The position numbers were made by a program, and so were the translations under genes. The notes beneath the pieces are model-generated. The model ran no database searches. It saw only the letters and a program-made list of their open reading frames with translations, and was not told the origin of the DNA. A DNA stretch of 64,000 nt, taken from positions 14,880,001 to 14,944,000 of the forward strand of contig JBHGNT010000012.1 in the NCBI GenBank assembly GCA_043228905.1, in the 5' to 3' direction. Origin of the DNA: Azolla caroliniana. Lineage: Eukaryota; Plantae; Polypodiophyta. Each line of letters starts with the position of its first letter. Positions within the stretch are counted from its first letter, which is position 1. Of this stretch, positions 27,911 to 40,081 are shown in pieces.

Positions 27911-28220
27911 ACGCCGTCAATTGGTGGCGTGATCATTTATTATCACACGCACGTCTTGATAAAAAGCACGATGCCCCTCTTTACGAGCTTGTATGACTCG
28001 CGGCGTACAAGTTTTACGATGCTCAATTTGCATCTTGGTCAAGTCTTTATCGAGGTAGATAAGGTTCCCACCCAATCCTCGACGAATTGGTCTCTTTTTA
28101 AAAAATGCGATTCTAGATTCTGAGTCCTTAAACTGAAGCACCAAAGCTCTTTTCCTAGTAGTGTCACGTCCTACCTTCCAAGTTTTAGTGATTGGTAGGG
28201 CTTCGTACCCCAACATTTTC

Positions 28221-31200
28221 GATGAGCGCGTGTAGATACATAGAGCACAGAGTATTCATATAATTTTCAAGAATAGTGTGTCCTGCTCTCTCTCTCCCTC
28301 TCTCTCTCTCTCTCCCGCGTACTCTCTCTCTCTCGTTGTGTATTGTTCTTTCTAACGCTTCCGCAAGCAATCTTTTACATGGTATCAGAGCGCGTGGGTT
28401 GAGAACCTCTGCTGCAGACATCTACGCTTGTGAAGGAAACCCTAACAGATCGGAAAACAGACACAAAAGGAGAAATGGACAGAGGAATGGCTACGTCGCT
28501 CCCGGTGGAGAAGCTCGACAGAACCAACTATGCATCTTGGTCATACAAGATGCACCAGTACCTGCTTGGGCATGGCTATTGGAGTTATGTCGACGGAGTG
28601 AACGACTCAGCACTGGAGACGACACACAAGGACTTCCCAGTGTGGGAACAGGCGGCAAGCAGGGTGATGTACTGCTTCGCGTCCAATGTCGGTGACCAGC
28701 TGCTCAGCCATATCCGTGACGCCAAGACACCGAAGGATGCTTGGGGAAACTTGAAAATGGTCTTCGCAGCAAGCACCACTACCCGGAAGCTGCAACTCAG
28801 ACAGGAGTTGAGCAATGTTCGACAGAAGAACATGTCGGTGGCAGATTACACAAACCGGATCAAAGGGATTTGTGACTCGCTTGCCTCTATTAACGTCATC
28901 ATAGAGGAAGACGAGATGGTGCAGGTCTATCTTGGAGGCCTGGCGTCCAAGTTCAGAGCTTTCCGGACTGCGGTTTGTACAAGGGAGAATACGCCCTCAT
29001 TTTTCGACTTACAGTCGATGCTCCTTGTAGAGGAGAACCACGCCGATGCATCTACTAGTGCATCCCCAGACATCCGGATGTACACGGGAGCGGATTGGTC
29101 CCGCAAGCGTGGTGGACGAGGTAGGTCAACACGCAATGGAGGCGGCTGGCAAGAGCAGGAACGAAGGCACAGTGAGCGTGCCGACAATAGTTTCGGGACT
29201 TCCACAAGCAAGGGGAGTCTAGGTGGTGCTGGAGGCCGGCAAGACAAATCCGCTATGGAATGCTGGTACTGTGGCAGAAAGGGCCACAGGGAAAGCGAGT
29301 GCTGGAGAAAGCGTGCCGATTCGGATAAATCCGAATCCGGTAAGACCAGTAAGGAAGGCCGGCAAAACTCGCACTACGCAAACGGATCAGGAGGATCCAA
29401 GAACGGTAAGGGTCCAGCCTTGGTGATAAAGCACAAGGCAAACTCAATGAAGAAGACCACTTCCAAATCGGAGGAAGTGTGGTATGTTGACTCCAGCGCA
29501 TCGAACCACATGACGAGCCACGAGGAGTGGTTCTCCTTTTTTGAGAAGCCGGATCAACTAGGAGTTGTCGAAACCGGAGACGACACTCCCCACCTGATCG
29601 TGCACGTCGGAGAAGTCCCTTTGAGCCACGTCAGACAGAGGGGGAAGATGATGAATGTATTACATGTTCCGACGATCATGAAGAACCTGGTGTCGGTCGG
29701 ATAGATCGTCGACCAGGGGATGCAGGTGCGGTTTACGCACCTCGGGTGCTTCATTGAGGATGAGGGTGAAGTTATTGCGCAAGGGCGCAGAGATGGGAGG
29801 ATGTTTATCCTCAACACCAATGACGTTGGCACCGCACTGTTCGCCAAAGGACAGAAGGTCGAGTCGGATATCGACCTGTGGCACAATCGGATCGGCCACG
29901 TCAACTATTGGAGGCTTCAAGACCTGCAAACGGAACAAATCTTTTTCGGTTAGTCGAAGTTTAGCGGCCAGAGAGCCCAGATTTGTGAAGTCTGCCAACT
30001 CAGGAAGCAACACCGGCTTCCATTCCCCACCGAAAGAAATTGAAGCCGTAAAAGCTCGATCTTATCCATTCGGATGTGTGGGGACCGGCACAAAATGTTA
30101 GCATTGGCGGGAGTCGATATTTCGTCTCCTTCATCGACGACTACACGCGGCATACGTGGATCTACCTCATTGAGCGGAAGAGCGAAGTCTTAGAGTGTTT
30201 CCAGAGCCTACAGAAGATGGTGGAACGGGAATCGGAGAGGAAGATCAAATGCCTACGGTCGGATGGCGGAAAAGAGTACTTTTCCGGCCAATTCAACAGC
30301 TATCTGCAACAAAAAGGAATTCGGCGAGAATTCAGCTGCAGATACACAACACAACATAACGGTGTGGCCGAAAGGAAGAATCGGTCGCTGATTGACGTGG
30401 CTAGGGCAATGCTGGAGGAAAAGAGCATGCCCAAGTTCTACTGGGCGGAGGCGGTCCAAACGGCTGTTTAAATCCAAAACTGGATCGGGGACAAGGTGTC
30501 AGCTCACGAGCTGTATTTCGGGCGCAAGCCGAATTTGAGACACCTCTGGATATTCGGGAGCATAGCCTATGTACATGTGCCGGATGAGAAGCGGAGAAAG
30601 CTGGATGCAAAATCGGAAAAATGCATCCTAGTCGGCTATGCTCAAGAGCAAAAGGGGTATAAGTGTTATAACCCCTGGATGAAGCAGGTCCGAGTCAGCC
30701 GAGATGTCGAGTTTGATGAATCAGCATCGTGGTATTCCTTACCGAATCCGACTTCCGATCCCAACCCGATGTCGGAGGATGGGGCTAGTGAGCCCGAACC
30801 GGCCCTAGTAGAGAAAGATGAAGCCGGGACTCAAGATGAGAGTCTGGAATCGTTTCGGTTAAGCGGACCGAATGAGAGACTGGATCAGTCCAACCAGTCG
30901 GATGATGAGACGGCGAGTAGTGGAGACTCTGTCGTGCTCTCCCCGCGCAAGGAACCGAGGAGACGGTTCACACGCAAAGAGAAAGGGAAGCAGAAGATGC
31001 TGGAATTCGAGATCGGCAATGATGAGTCGGATCGGTGCATATCTGACTTCGGCAAGGACATAGGCAGATATTTGGGAACGAAGACCGAACCGGCCAAGAA
31101 GGGTCTCATACCGGGTAACGGTGAGTTACGCCGGTCCACCCGCCAGAAGGATCCCGTTAAACGGTACGGGTATAACGAGTACATGGCGCATCATTATGCG

Positions 31201-33762
31201 TACATGACCAAGGTCGCGGAAGTGCGTGAGCCGGAGAGCTACGCAGAAGCGGCAAAGGACGCAAATTGGCGTGCCGCTATGGAGGAAGAAATGCGGGCAC
31301 TGGATGCCAACGGAACTTGGGACCTGGTTGACCCTTCCCGTCACTGTAAACCGATCGGATGCAAGTGGGTGTACAAGATAAAGTACAATGCCGACGGTAC
31401 AGTTAACCGGTACAAGGCCCGGTTAGTGGCGAAGGGATATGCGCAGACCCACGGAATCGACTACGACGAGACCTTCACTCCCGTAGCGAAGAGGACGACA
31501 GTTCGTGTGGTACTGGCGGTTGCTGCAGCAAGGGGGTGGCATCTTCATCAGATGGATGTGAAGAATGCCTTCCTTCAAGGAGATCTTGAAGAAGAAGTCT
31601 TTATGACTTAGCCCCCCGGATTTCAGTCGGAGGTGAACAAGTCGGTGGTATGCCGGCTGAGGAAGTCGTTGTACGGCTTGAAGCAAGCCCCCCGTGCTTG
31701 GAATGCTAAGATCACGCACCGGTTGCGAAAGATGGGGTTTGTTGCCTCTAAGTCGGACTCTTCCCTGTTCATCCGTCAAGGCTCAAACGGTCCGGTATGT
31801 ATCTTACTCTATGTTGATGATTTAGTCATCACCGACCCAGGTCTTTCGGAAATCAACTGCGTCAAGTCCCAATTGTCGGACGCATTTGATATGAAGGACT
31901 TGGGGGACCTTCATTATTTTTTGGGGATCGAGGTGATCCGCACCCCCGACGGCATATTGCTTTCTCAACACCGTTATGTGTTGAATATACTATACAAGTT
32001 CGGCATGACGGAATGCCAACCTGTCTCCACACCCCTGGAACGGAATTAGAAGATCCGTCCCAACTCCGGACCAGCTTGCGATGAGAAACGGTTCCGACAA
32101 ATAGTCGGAAGCCTGATCTACTTGACCATCACCCGACCCGACATTAGCTATCCAGTCGGAGTGGTAAGCCAATTCATGCAGAAGCCGAACGTGGAGCACC
32201 TTCAGTGCGTGCAACGAAGACTGAGGTATGTAAGCAGCACTAAGGACCGGGGGCTCTTATATCGGCAAGGTATAACCAAAGAGCTTGTCGGCTACACGGA
32301 TGCCGACTGGGCTAGCGATGCAACGGATCGTCACTCAACTTTCGGCTTTATGTTCTCTCTTGGGAGCACGGCTGTTGCGTGGAGCAGCAAAAAGCAGCCA
32401 ACAGTGGCTCTATCCAGCACTGAGGCTGAATACCGGGGCGCGATCGTTGCCACCTGCGAAGCCATTTGGCTTCGGCGACTACTGCAAGACCTACGGATCA
32501 AGGTACCGACCCCGATCCTGATCTACTGCGATAACCTCAGCAGCATGCAACTCGCCAAGAACCCTGTGTTCCATGCTCGCACAAAGCATATAGAAGTGCA
32601 TTATCACTTCGTGCGTGAGCGGGTCCTAAGCGGTGAAGTTGAACTACGGTATGTTCACACGGATCGGCAAGTTGCCGACATCTTCACCAAGCCGCTCGGG
32701 TCAGACAAGTTGCAGCACTTTACCGAAATGCTTGGTGTTCAGGATCTCGACGTGCCGCACTTGAGGGGGAGACGCAAGGGCAAAGACACTACCGAAACGG
32801 GCAAAGGCAAAAAATAAAAAATTGTTGAACCCGTAGGTAAGAGAAGAACCGGTAGAGGTGGAGACAAGAAGAAAAGTGAAACCGAATCGACGAAGGAAGT
32901 CGGCACATCCGAACAGGTTGGAGTGAGCGGCTGTGAAGAAGAATTGTACACTCAGGAAGAGAAGTGAATGCTATGCGGAGGTCATCACGATCGTAATGGC
33001 CATGATGCGGAGTCGAATGAAGAATTCGACTTCGGTGAACCGGCTGAAGAGGCCAACAAGACACGGACGCAGCGGAAGTCGATGCCATCGCGGAGGAACC
33101 GACGGATCGGCAAGCGCCGGAGTCATAACAGCGAAGGAGCTAAGATGGGCCTATTGAGCAGACATGCTGAAGGTCGAGGTGCGCAGAACCAAAGGGGTCG
33201 CGGCAAACGGGACCAGACCGGACAAGGAATGCAAGCAAGGCGAAGTGACGCCAGGAGAAGTCGGTTGGAAGAACCGGCTGCCACAGAGGTTGACACTACA
33301 ACCCTACCTCAGGTTGAGCTTGAGGGGGAGTGTTGAGCGGCAAGCTCAACCAGAGCCGGATCAGCTGAATAAGCCTGAGCCGGTAAGCAAGATGAATCGG
33401 TATGCCGGTGAGCAACCGAACCGGTAAGTAGTAAGGACCGGTGAGGTTGGGAGCCGGTATGCCAGATCCAATCCGTAACCGGAAGCCTAGTATAGGTTAG
33501 ACTACTAAGCAGTTATAGTCTCGTAGTTAGTGTCAGATGCTCGTGTGAGCATTGAAGTACACCGTACTTCTAACAGTCCCGTGTGGACTTGTATAAATTG
33601 CGCTGATGAGCGCGTTGTAGATACATAGAGCACAAAGTATTCATATAATTTTCAAGAATAGTGTGTCCTGCTCTCTCTCTCCCTCTCTCTCTCTCTCCCG
33701 CGTACTCTCTATCTCTCTTTGTGTATTGTTCTTTCTAACGCTTCCGCAAGCAATCTTTTACA
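28221..33762 (+). mobile_element. Ty1/copia element C, the best-preserved copy, inserted in LINE ORF1
   Basis: 5' LTR remnant 28221-28379, perfect PBS TGGTATCAGAGC at 28380. gag-pol spans about 28475-32817 (CWYCGRKGHRESEC, WYVDSSASNHM, LRSDGGKEY, YVDD, ADIFTK) with about 5 stops and a frameshift. PPT 33320-33330, 3' LTR 33331-33762. Confidence 0.95.
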
Positions 33763-36700
33763 ATTCGCTTTTAACCTCTTCCTTAACCTTTTTTATCTTG
33801 TCCTTAATATCTTCTAGGGAAGATATTTCACCATCTTCCATAGATATCTCAAGGTCCTTAACTTGTTTCTGAAGGTTCATGTTGTCTACTTTAAGTTTTT
33901 TTATTTCAGCAATAAGCACCTCTTTTTCTTTCTTATCTTTTTGTTTTTCAACTTCAATCTCTTTCACCCATTTTCTATTTTAACTAAGCAGTTAAGGACA
34001 TCTAAAAATTCTTCCTTACTTATAATTTCTTCGTGTGTTTCCTTATGATTTCGTCTAGAAGTCATGTTGTAAATCAAATGATAAAAGAAAGAAAAGACAA
34101 AGAGGACAGAAAAAACTTAGTCGAGCATCGATGCCTTGCGTACTAGGTTCGAGTGTAGAAGGACGTGTATGTTGTCTTGTTTTCAGCTGATTACGTCGTC
34201 AAAAGCGTAGGTGATAGCGAACAACGATGACAACGGCAACAACTACACACGACAACGGCGGCGGCGGCGTCGACGGCCAAGAACTGACAACAATGGTGAC
34301 GACGACGGCAGCAGATGACAACGACAACGACAGAAAGAGCCATTACAAGAGAGAGAGAGGGAGAGAATGACTAATATAGTCATCCCGTGTTGTCTTTGTA
34401 ATCGATACATACAATAATCAATACACATACTTTTTGGGTCATCTCTGTGTTTGTTTCCTTAATTTGTACTTTCTATTATGTTATTCGTAAGTCGTAAGTG
34501 GAAAGCTGGTTGTGGCCAGCTATCGTGTAACAGTTTCGCCTACTCAGCCCCATCTTAGTCCCCTAAGCAACCACGATTCCATGACCTGATTGCTTAGGGG
34601 AATAATCGAAGGTGTTTCCCCAAGAAGGAGATAACACAATTTCGCACGCCTGGTTCACGTTGTGAGGTCACAACAAACAATGTAGGAGGAAATCCCAGCC
34701 GCCATTACGACGCCCACCCGCAACACGCGATCTTGGCTATCATCTCCCTGTGCCGAGCTAGCCAAGAGCACTTCCGACTCCATGCTCACACAACAATCGT
34801 CGATGGAACCATCTAAGTCGCACCACTCTCCGCCGCCGACACCAGACACTCAGTCAAACATGAGTTCTCACCCTATTTCGCCTCACAGTTCCCCCAAAGT
34901 CAACCAAAAAGAATACAACCCATTCCCGGTGTTACCCAAAAATCTAGACTTCGACACCATGCGTATCCGTATCAGCGGTACACGGATGGCCCCTACACCG
35001 AATCACACATCCGCACCTTCTTGTTGACATGGCAAGCCAACCACTCGACGCAACGTCTGACTGCTGCCGAGAGGGACTCGTCCAAAATCGCGATGGACCC
35101 GCAACAAGATGGCATTCCCGGCACGATCTTGGGGAATTTGCGACATTTTGGGACGTCCCAACTCGCTTCCTTGAACTTTTCCATCGAGAGATACACAAGC
35201 GAGAACTCCTTTGCCAATTGTACGCAATCGCCCAGTTCATGATCTGCTTCCAAGATCTTTATCGTCAGCTTGCTCAAGATGTGTCTGCGAATCATCTCAA
35301 GGAAACATTCCTTGCAAGATTACGGGAGCCTCTTCGCAAGACTCTCACCTTAACCGGTGTCTCCCAGTAAACAATTGAGCAGGTGATCGCTCGCGTCCTC
35401 ATGTTAGACAGAGCTCAAACTAGTATATCTTTCTCAATGGGCTCAATCCAAAACGCCTTGCCAACACATGAAGAAACCCTATTTTGGCAAGCAATCCAAT
35501 GCATGACATGCTCAAATTCCGGCCACTCAGCCATGGATTGCGCTCTTCGACCGCAGTACCCAATTTGCCACTCTGCACGTATACGGTGGAGCAATATGAA
35601 TATAATATGCTCAATCGCACAACCATTGCTCCGGTATGCCAAATCGAGCCCCACCATGATCTCCCTCGACAAGATGATCGTGATCATCCGCCACCTAGAT
35701 TTCGGGAAGCCAAGTGACCCCAATATGATGATCGATACCGACGTGACGATAGGTATCGGCCCGAGGAGGATCACTATCGGCCACACAATCGGTACCAGTC
35801 CGAGGAGGATCGTTATCGGCCTGACAATCGGTACCAGCTTGAGGAAGATCGTTATCGGCCTAGGGAGGACCATTATCGACCAATGGATGACTACTACCAA
35901 TACGATCGAAATGAGGATTACGACCCTGGGCCAAGACATTGTTCTAACCAAAGGCACGATCGGAGACCTCCCCAACATAATCGAGGTCATCGGCAATCCG
36001 GAAATAATCAACGACCTCAAGATAATCAACGTCGAGAATCACGGGGTTCAGACCATCGTCGAACGCCTTCCCACACCGAGCCTCGGGATGATTCCCACCG
36101 AGCACAACAGTACACCACACCGCCCAGAGAAGAAAATCCCCGACTGTATCAAACAACTCAATTTGAGCCAGGGGAATCAAGCAACTCGGCGCCAGTCACA
36201 TGTTTTAACTGTAATCAACCAGGGCATTATGTCACACAATGTCCGGTCAATGATCACGACAAAGGTCCCGCCGTTAATATCATCACGGCCAAAGTCGAAT
36301 AGGTCACAACATGAAGCAAGGCCCAACACATGCAATGGGCAGTCTAGGATGAAGTCCAACATACCGTGAAGGAGTGGATCGAAAAAGCTAATAACACCAA
36401 CATCGACCGCATGAATACCGAAATGAAGGACATCACTATCAACGCGTCAGCTCACTCAAAACCTACTGATTCGCTTGATGACAATCCCATGTGACAAGCA
36501 TTGTCCAAATGCAAGATATCAATGCCCCTAAATAAGCTCCATTTACTCCCACGATTCAAAGATACAATGATATCCTTGACTACCAGAAAGGATCACATGA
36601 CCATGCCCGTGAACCTTGCCGAGCCACGTGCAGGACCACCACTAATGGACTCCCAGAACCCAGATGTAAAAATCATTATTAAGGGTCGGATGTTCATGGT

Positions 36701-38047
36701 TGTATTATCGATGGGGGATCGATGGTCAATGCCCAATGGGATCGAGTTCTTGGCATTACCTAATGGGAACCATGCCCATTTTGGCTCCGTATGGCAGATA
36801 CACGATCCATTCAGCTGATGGGTTTAATCTGACACCTCTTATTCTCGGAGGCCACACCTTCACGATTTCGGCAGTTGTGTTACGATTAGATGCTCCTGGC
36901 GCCTACCCAATGCTGCTCGGCAGTATCTGGTTATGCACATCCAACATTAAGTAGCACTGGCAACGCAACATGATCTCATTCCAACGTGGGAAAACTAAGG
37001 TACGTGTTGTCACGGAGGAGCCAATCCGTAGCCCACAGGATACCACTCCCCTATATGAGGAAGGTGTTCACATGCTCGATGGACTAGCCGAGGAGGAGGT
37101 CGACCATTTCCTGGAGTATCACCCGCAGATTGTTCCACTATTCGACATCGACATCGTAACAACCATCAACCCTTATGTTTCCGAGGCGGCATGTTTTCGA
37201 GGTGGCTAGAGAAGAGAGAGCGATCAACCGAGAACCAGATCCGAAATCGATTGAAGAATTACGGTATGCATGCGACGCGCTCGAATGTGAACTAGCCATA
37301 TCTCAACGAGTGAAGGCATCCACACTAGAAGAGATTAATCTTGGTACCACCACGGATCCAAGAACACTAAAAATAGCAAAAGAGTTGGTTCTTGATGAAC
37401 ACTTGGCATTGGTCGGTCTACTCACGGAATATAAGGACATCTTTGCATAATCATACAACGATATGAAAGGGTAAGACCTGACATACTATTAGCACCAAAT
37501 CCATCTGAAGCACGATGCACGACCTGTACAACAACATTGTTACAGAATAATCCTAATTATGTGGCAAAAGTGAAACAGGAAATCGACAAGCTCCTTCAGG
37601 TGGGGTTCATTCGACTAGTTAAACGTGCCACGTGGTTGAGTCCCATCGTGGTCGTTGCCAAGAAAAATGGAAAATTAAGGGTCTGCGTCGATTATAGGAA
37701 GTTGAACATGGTGACCATCATCGATGCTTTTCCTCTTCCGTTTACAGATGGTGTGCTCGATACTGTGGCGGGTCATGAGCGATATAGCTTCTTAGATGGG
37801 TTCAGCGGATACAATCAGATCTGCATGCACCTTGACGACCAAGAAAACACAACATTTGTAACAGAATCGGGCATTTTCGTCGTAGTTGTGATGATGTTCG
37901 GGTTAAAAAAGGCACCAGCCACATTCCAACGTATCGTTGCCCAAATTTTTGACGACTACATTCCGGCATTCATGCAAGTATTCCTCGATGATTTTGCAGT
38001 TTACAGCCGACAAAATAGAGCATCTTGCCCAATTACACCTCTGTCTC

Positions 38048-38504
38048 TGTTACAGGCATGACCATATAATATCCCGTGGTGAGAATTTACCGTAATATTC
38101 TATACACGTGGATAAAGTGTGAAGGTTAAACGAGATTGTAAAGAAGGGAATGATTACTTTTAATCCTTGGGATTGAGACAACCCATTAGGCCAAGTGTGA
38201 ACTTTCCTAAGGGCCTTGGGTCTGGTTATAAATATGAGGTCTAGCTACCCTCATTTCATCATCTATCGACTACGCCCAAACTCCATTCTTATGGTGGGTC
38301 AACTCTTGTAGGGAGTGCGCCAACACCAGGTATGACTCACCACCACAACGGTGGTATGGGACGCCGATCGAGGCTCGAGTCCATCTCGATCCCTTCGCTC
38401 GGGGGTGGTCGGGTGGATCGACACCCTTCTTTCTCTCTCTCCTTTCTTATTAATCTATCTTTGTTATCCTTATCATATGCTTACTTTAGAACATAACTTT
38501 AACA
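38048..38504 (+). mobile_element. Solo LTR (family also at 40082-40530 and 53228-53635)
   Basis: TGTTAC...TTAACA flanked by a perfect 5-bp TSD GTCTC; it interrupts the gypsy RT. Confidence 0.9.
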
Positions 38505-38617
38505 GTCTCAAATGTTTTTGACAAGCTCAGCTCAGTCTGAACCCTACGAAATGCGCATTTTATGTCTCTAGTGGCACTCTGCTGGGGCATATTGTCAGCC
38601 GTGAAACGGTCGCTATG

Positions 38618-39284
38618 TGTTGGGAGACAGGTCCCTCCGGATGGGAAGGGAGAAGGAAAGTGCTGATAAGCAAACTCGGCCGAGGCCGATAGGCCGAGGC
38701 CGAAACCAAATGAGGAGTACCTGGCTACGGAGAGCCGGATGACGCAGACCCGGTGAGAACCGGATGAGGAGTACCCGGCTACGGAGAGCCGGATGGTGCA
38801 GACCCGGTGAGGAATGCCGAAACCGGATGAAGAGACATATTCATAAATATGTTTCTGAGAGTCCATCAAGGCTATATTTGTAAATAGCCAAAAAGTCATA
38901 TTAGTATAAATATGACTTAGGGCAAACTTTTATTTACTGTTGTTGTCATCTTTGTTGGTGCAAGGAAAGAGAGAGAGCGCGTAACTGTGTACAGAGAGAG
39001 AGAGAGAGAAAGAGGTCGTTGCCTCTGTTGTAACCGCCGCCTGTGGCGAAGATTGTGACCACGAGGTCGTTGCCTCCGTGAACTCACTGTTGTACATTCT
39101 AACATAGTGATAGTTTGCAGCCTGTGGGCTGCCATGGTTTTTCCCTGTTTGGGTTTCCCACGTAAACATCCTGTGTACTTTTCTCTTCTTTGTGTTGTGT
39201 TTTTCATTTCCCCGTTTTCTGTGCATGAATCTAAGCTCGGTTGTGGCCGAGCGTTGCGTATAGCGGAACGTTTGGTTCCCGTCA
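38618..39284 (+). mobile_element. Solo LTR related to 1474-2101
   Basis: TGTTGGG...CGTCA flanked by a perfect 5-bp TSD CTATG; it interrupts the gypsy RT. Confidence 0.9.
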
Positions 39285-40081
39285 CTATGGCCCCCGACAA
39301 GGTGTAGGCCATCTTGAGCGCTCCGGCACCTGCCATAGTGAAGGCCCTGAGCCGATTTTTGGGGCAAATTAGATGGCATAGTCGAATGTTGCGATACTTG
39401 GCTGAGTTCACGACACCACAACATGCGACGCTACATCGAGTACCTTTTCAATGGAAAGAGACGGAAGACAAAGCTTAAAAGGATCTCAAGGTTATGCTAC
39501 TGCATGCACCGGTTGTGCAACCCCCCGATTGGTTACAACCATTCCATGTGTTTTTCTGTCACGGACACACCAAGCACGGACTAGGACGGATCACAGATGA
39601 TGGGACAACGAGCGACGGATGAACTTGGAGCTAGATGTAAGGAGGCTAGGAACTCTAGATGTTTTGAGCGACATGAGGGAATGAAGACAGAAATAAAGAT
39701 CAAGGCGACAAAGATGAGGCGAAACGAGAATATTAGATTGATGTGTCAATTACCAATGTTGAATCCCTTGAAAGGGACCAAGGAGGTTACAAGTATTTAA
39801 ACTGTAAATCGAAGTACATGCATTAGAATATTCGGGAGAATATTCTAGAACCCTCTAGAACCTTCTATTTCTAGAACTTTCTAAAAACTCCTAGAACTTG
39901 AAATATATAATCTACTAATAATCTACTAAATATACATAACATGACCATATATTTGGATGTGTTGGTTAGAAGACAACACTTGACTATATACAAGATGTTA
40001 GGAGTTCAAATCTTGTCGTCATGTCTATGACATTATCCTCCCCTTCACGGCCGCCTTTTCGAAAGTGTGGTGTAGGGGTGA

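Larger units (their letters stand above)
23997..34367 (-). mobile_element. Near-full-length LINE (RTE-X-like): ORF1 + APE-RT ORF2 with (TCTT)n tail, interrupted by copia C
   Basis: ORF1 is a coiled-coil protein (ATG ~34065, C-terminal part at 27917-28216). ORF2 starts at 27910 (TLWNCN, GGV, YFPP, GDFNAR, STIDY, DH) and includes RT (GFR, FVDFRKAFD, GVKQGCPLSP, LLYVDD) and a C-terminal LRISSHQLEIENGR...CRLC...EDEYHF..KC. 3' end AAGACGTTAATATATCTTTCTTTCTCTTTC. The 5' boundary is approximate. Confidence 0.9.

Noticed and set aside
35383-36369. 328-aa Ile/Thr-rich ORF as a novel protein
   Set aside because: After the first knuckle it is an off-frame reading of frameshifted gag; the R/D/Y-rich frame with the CCHC motif is the plausible one.
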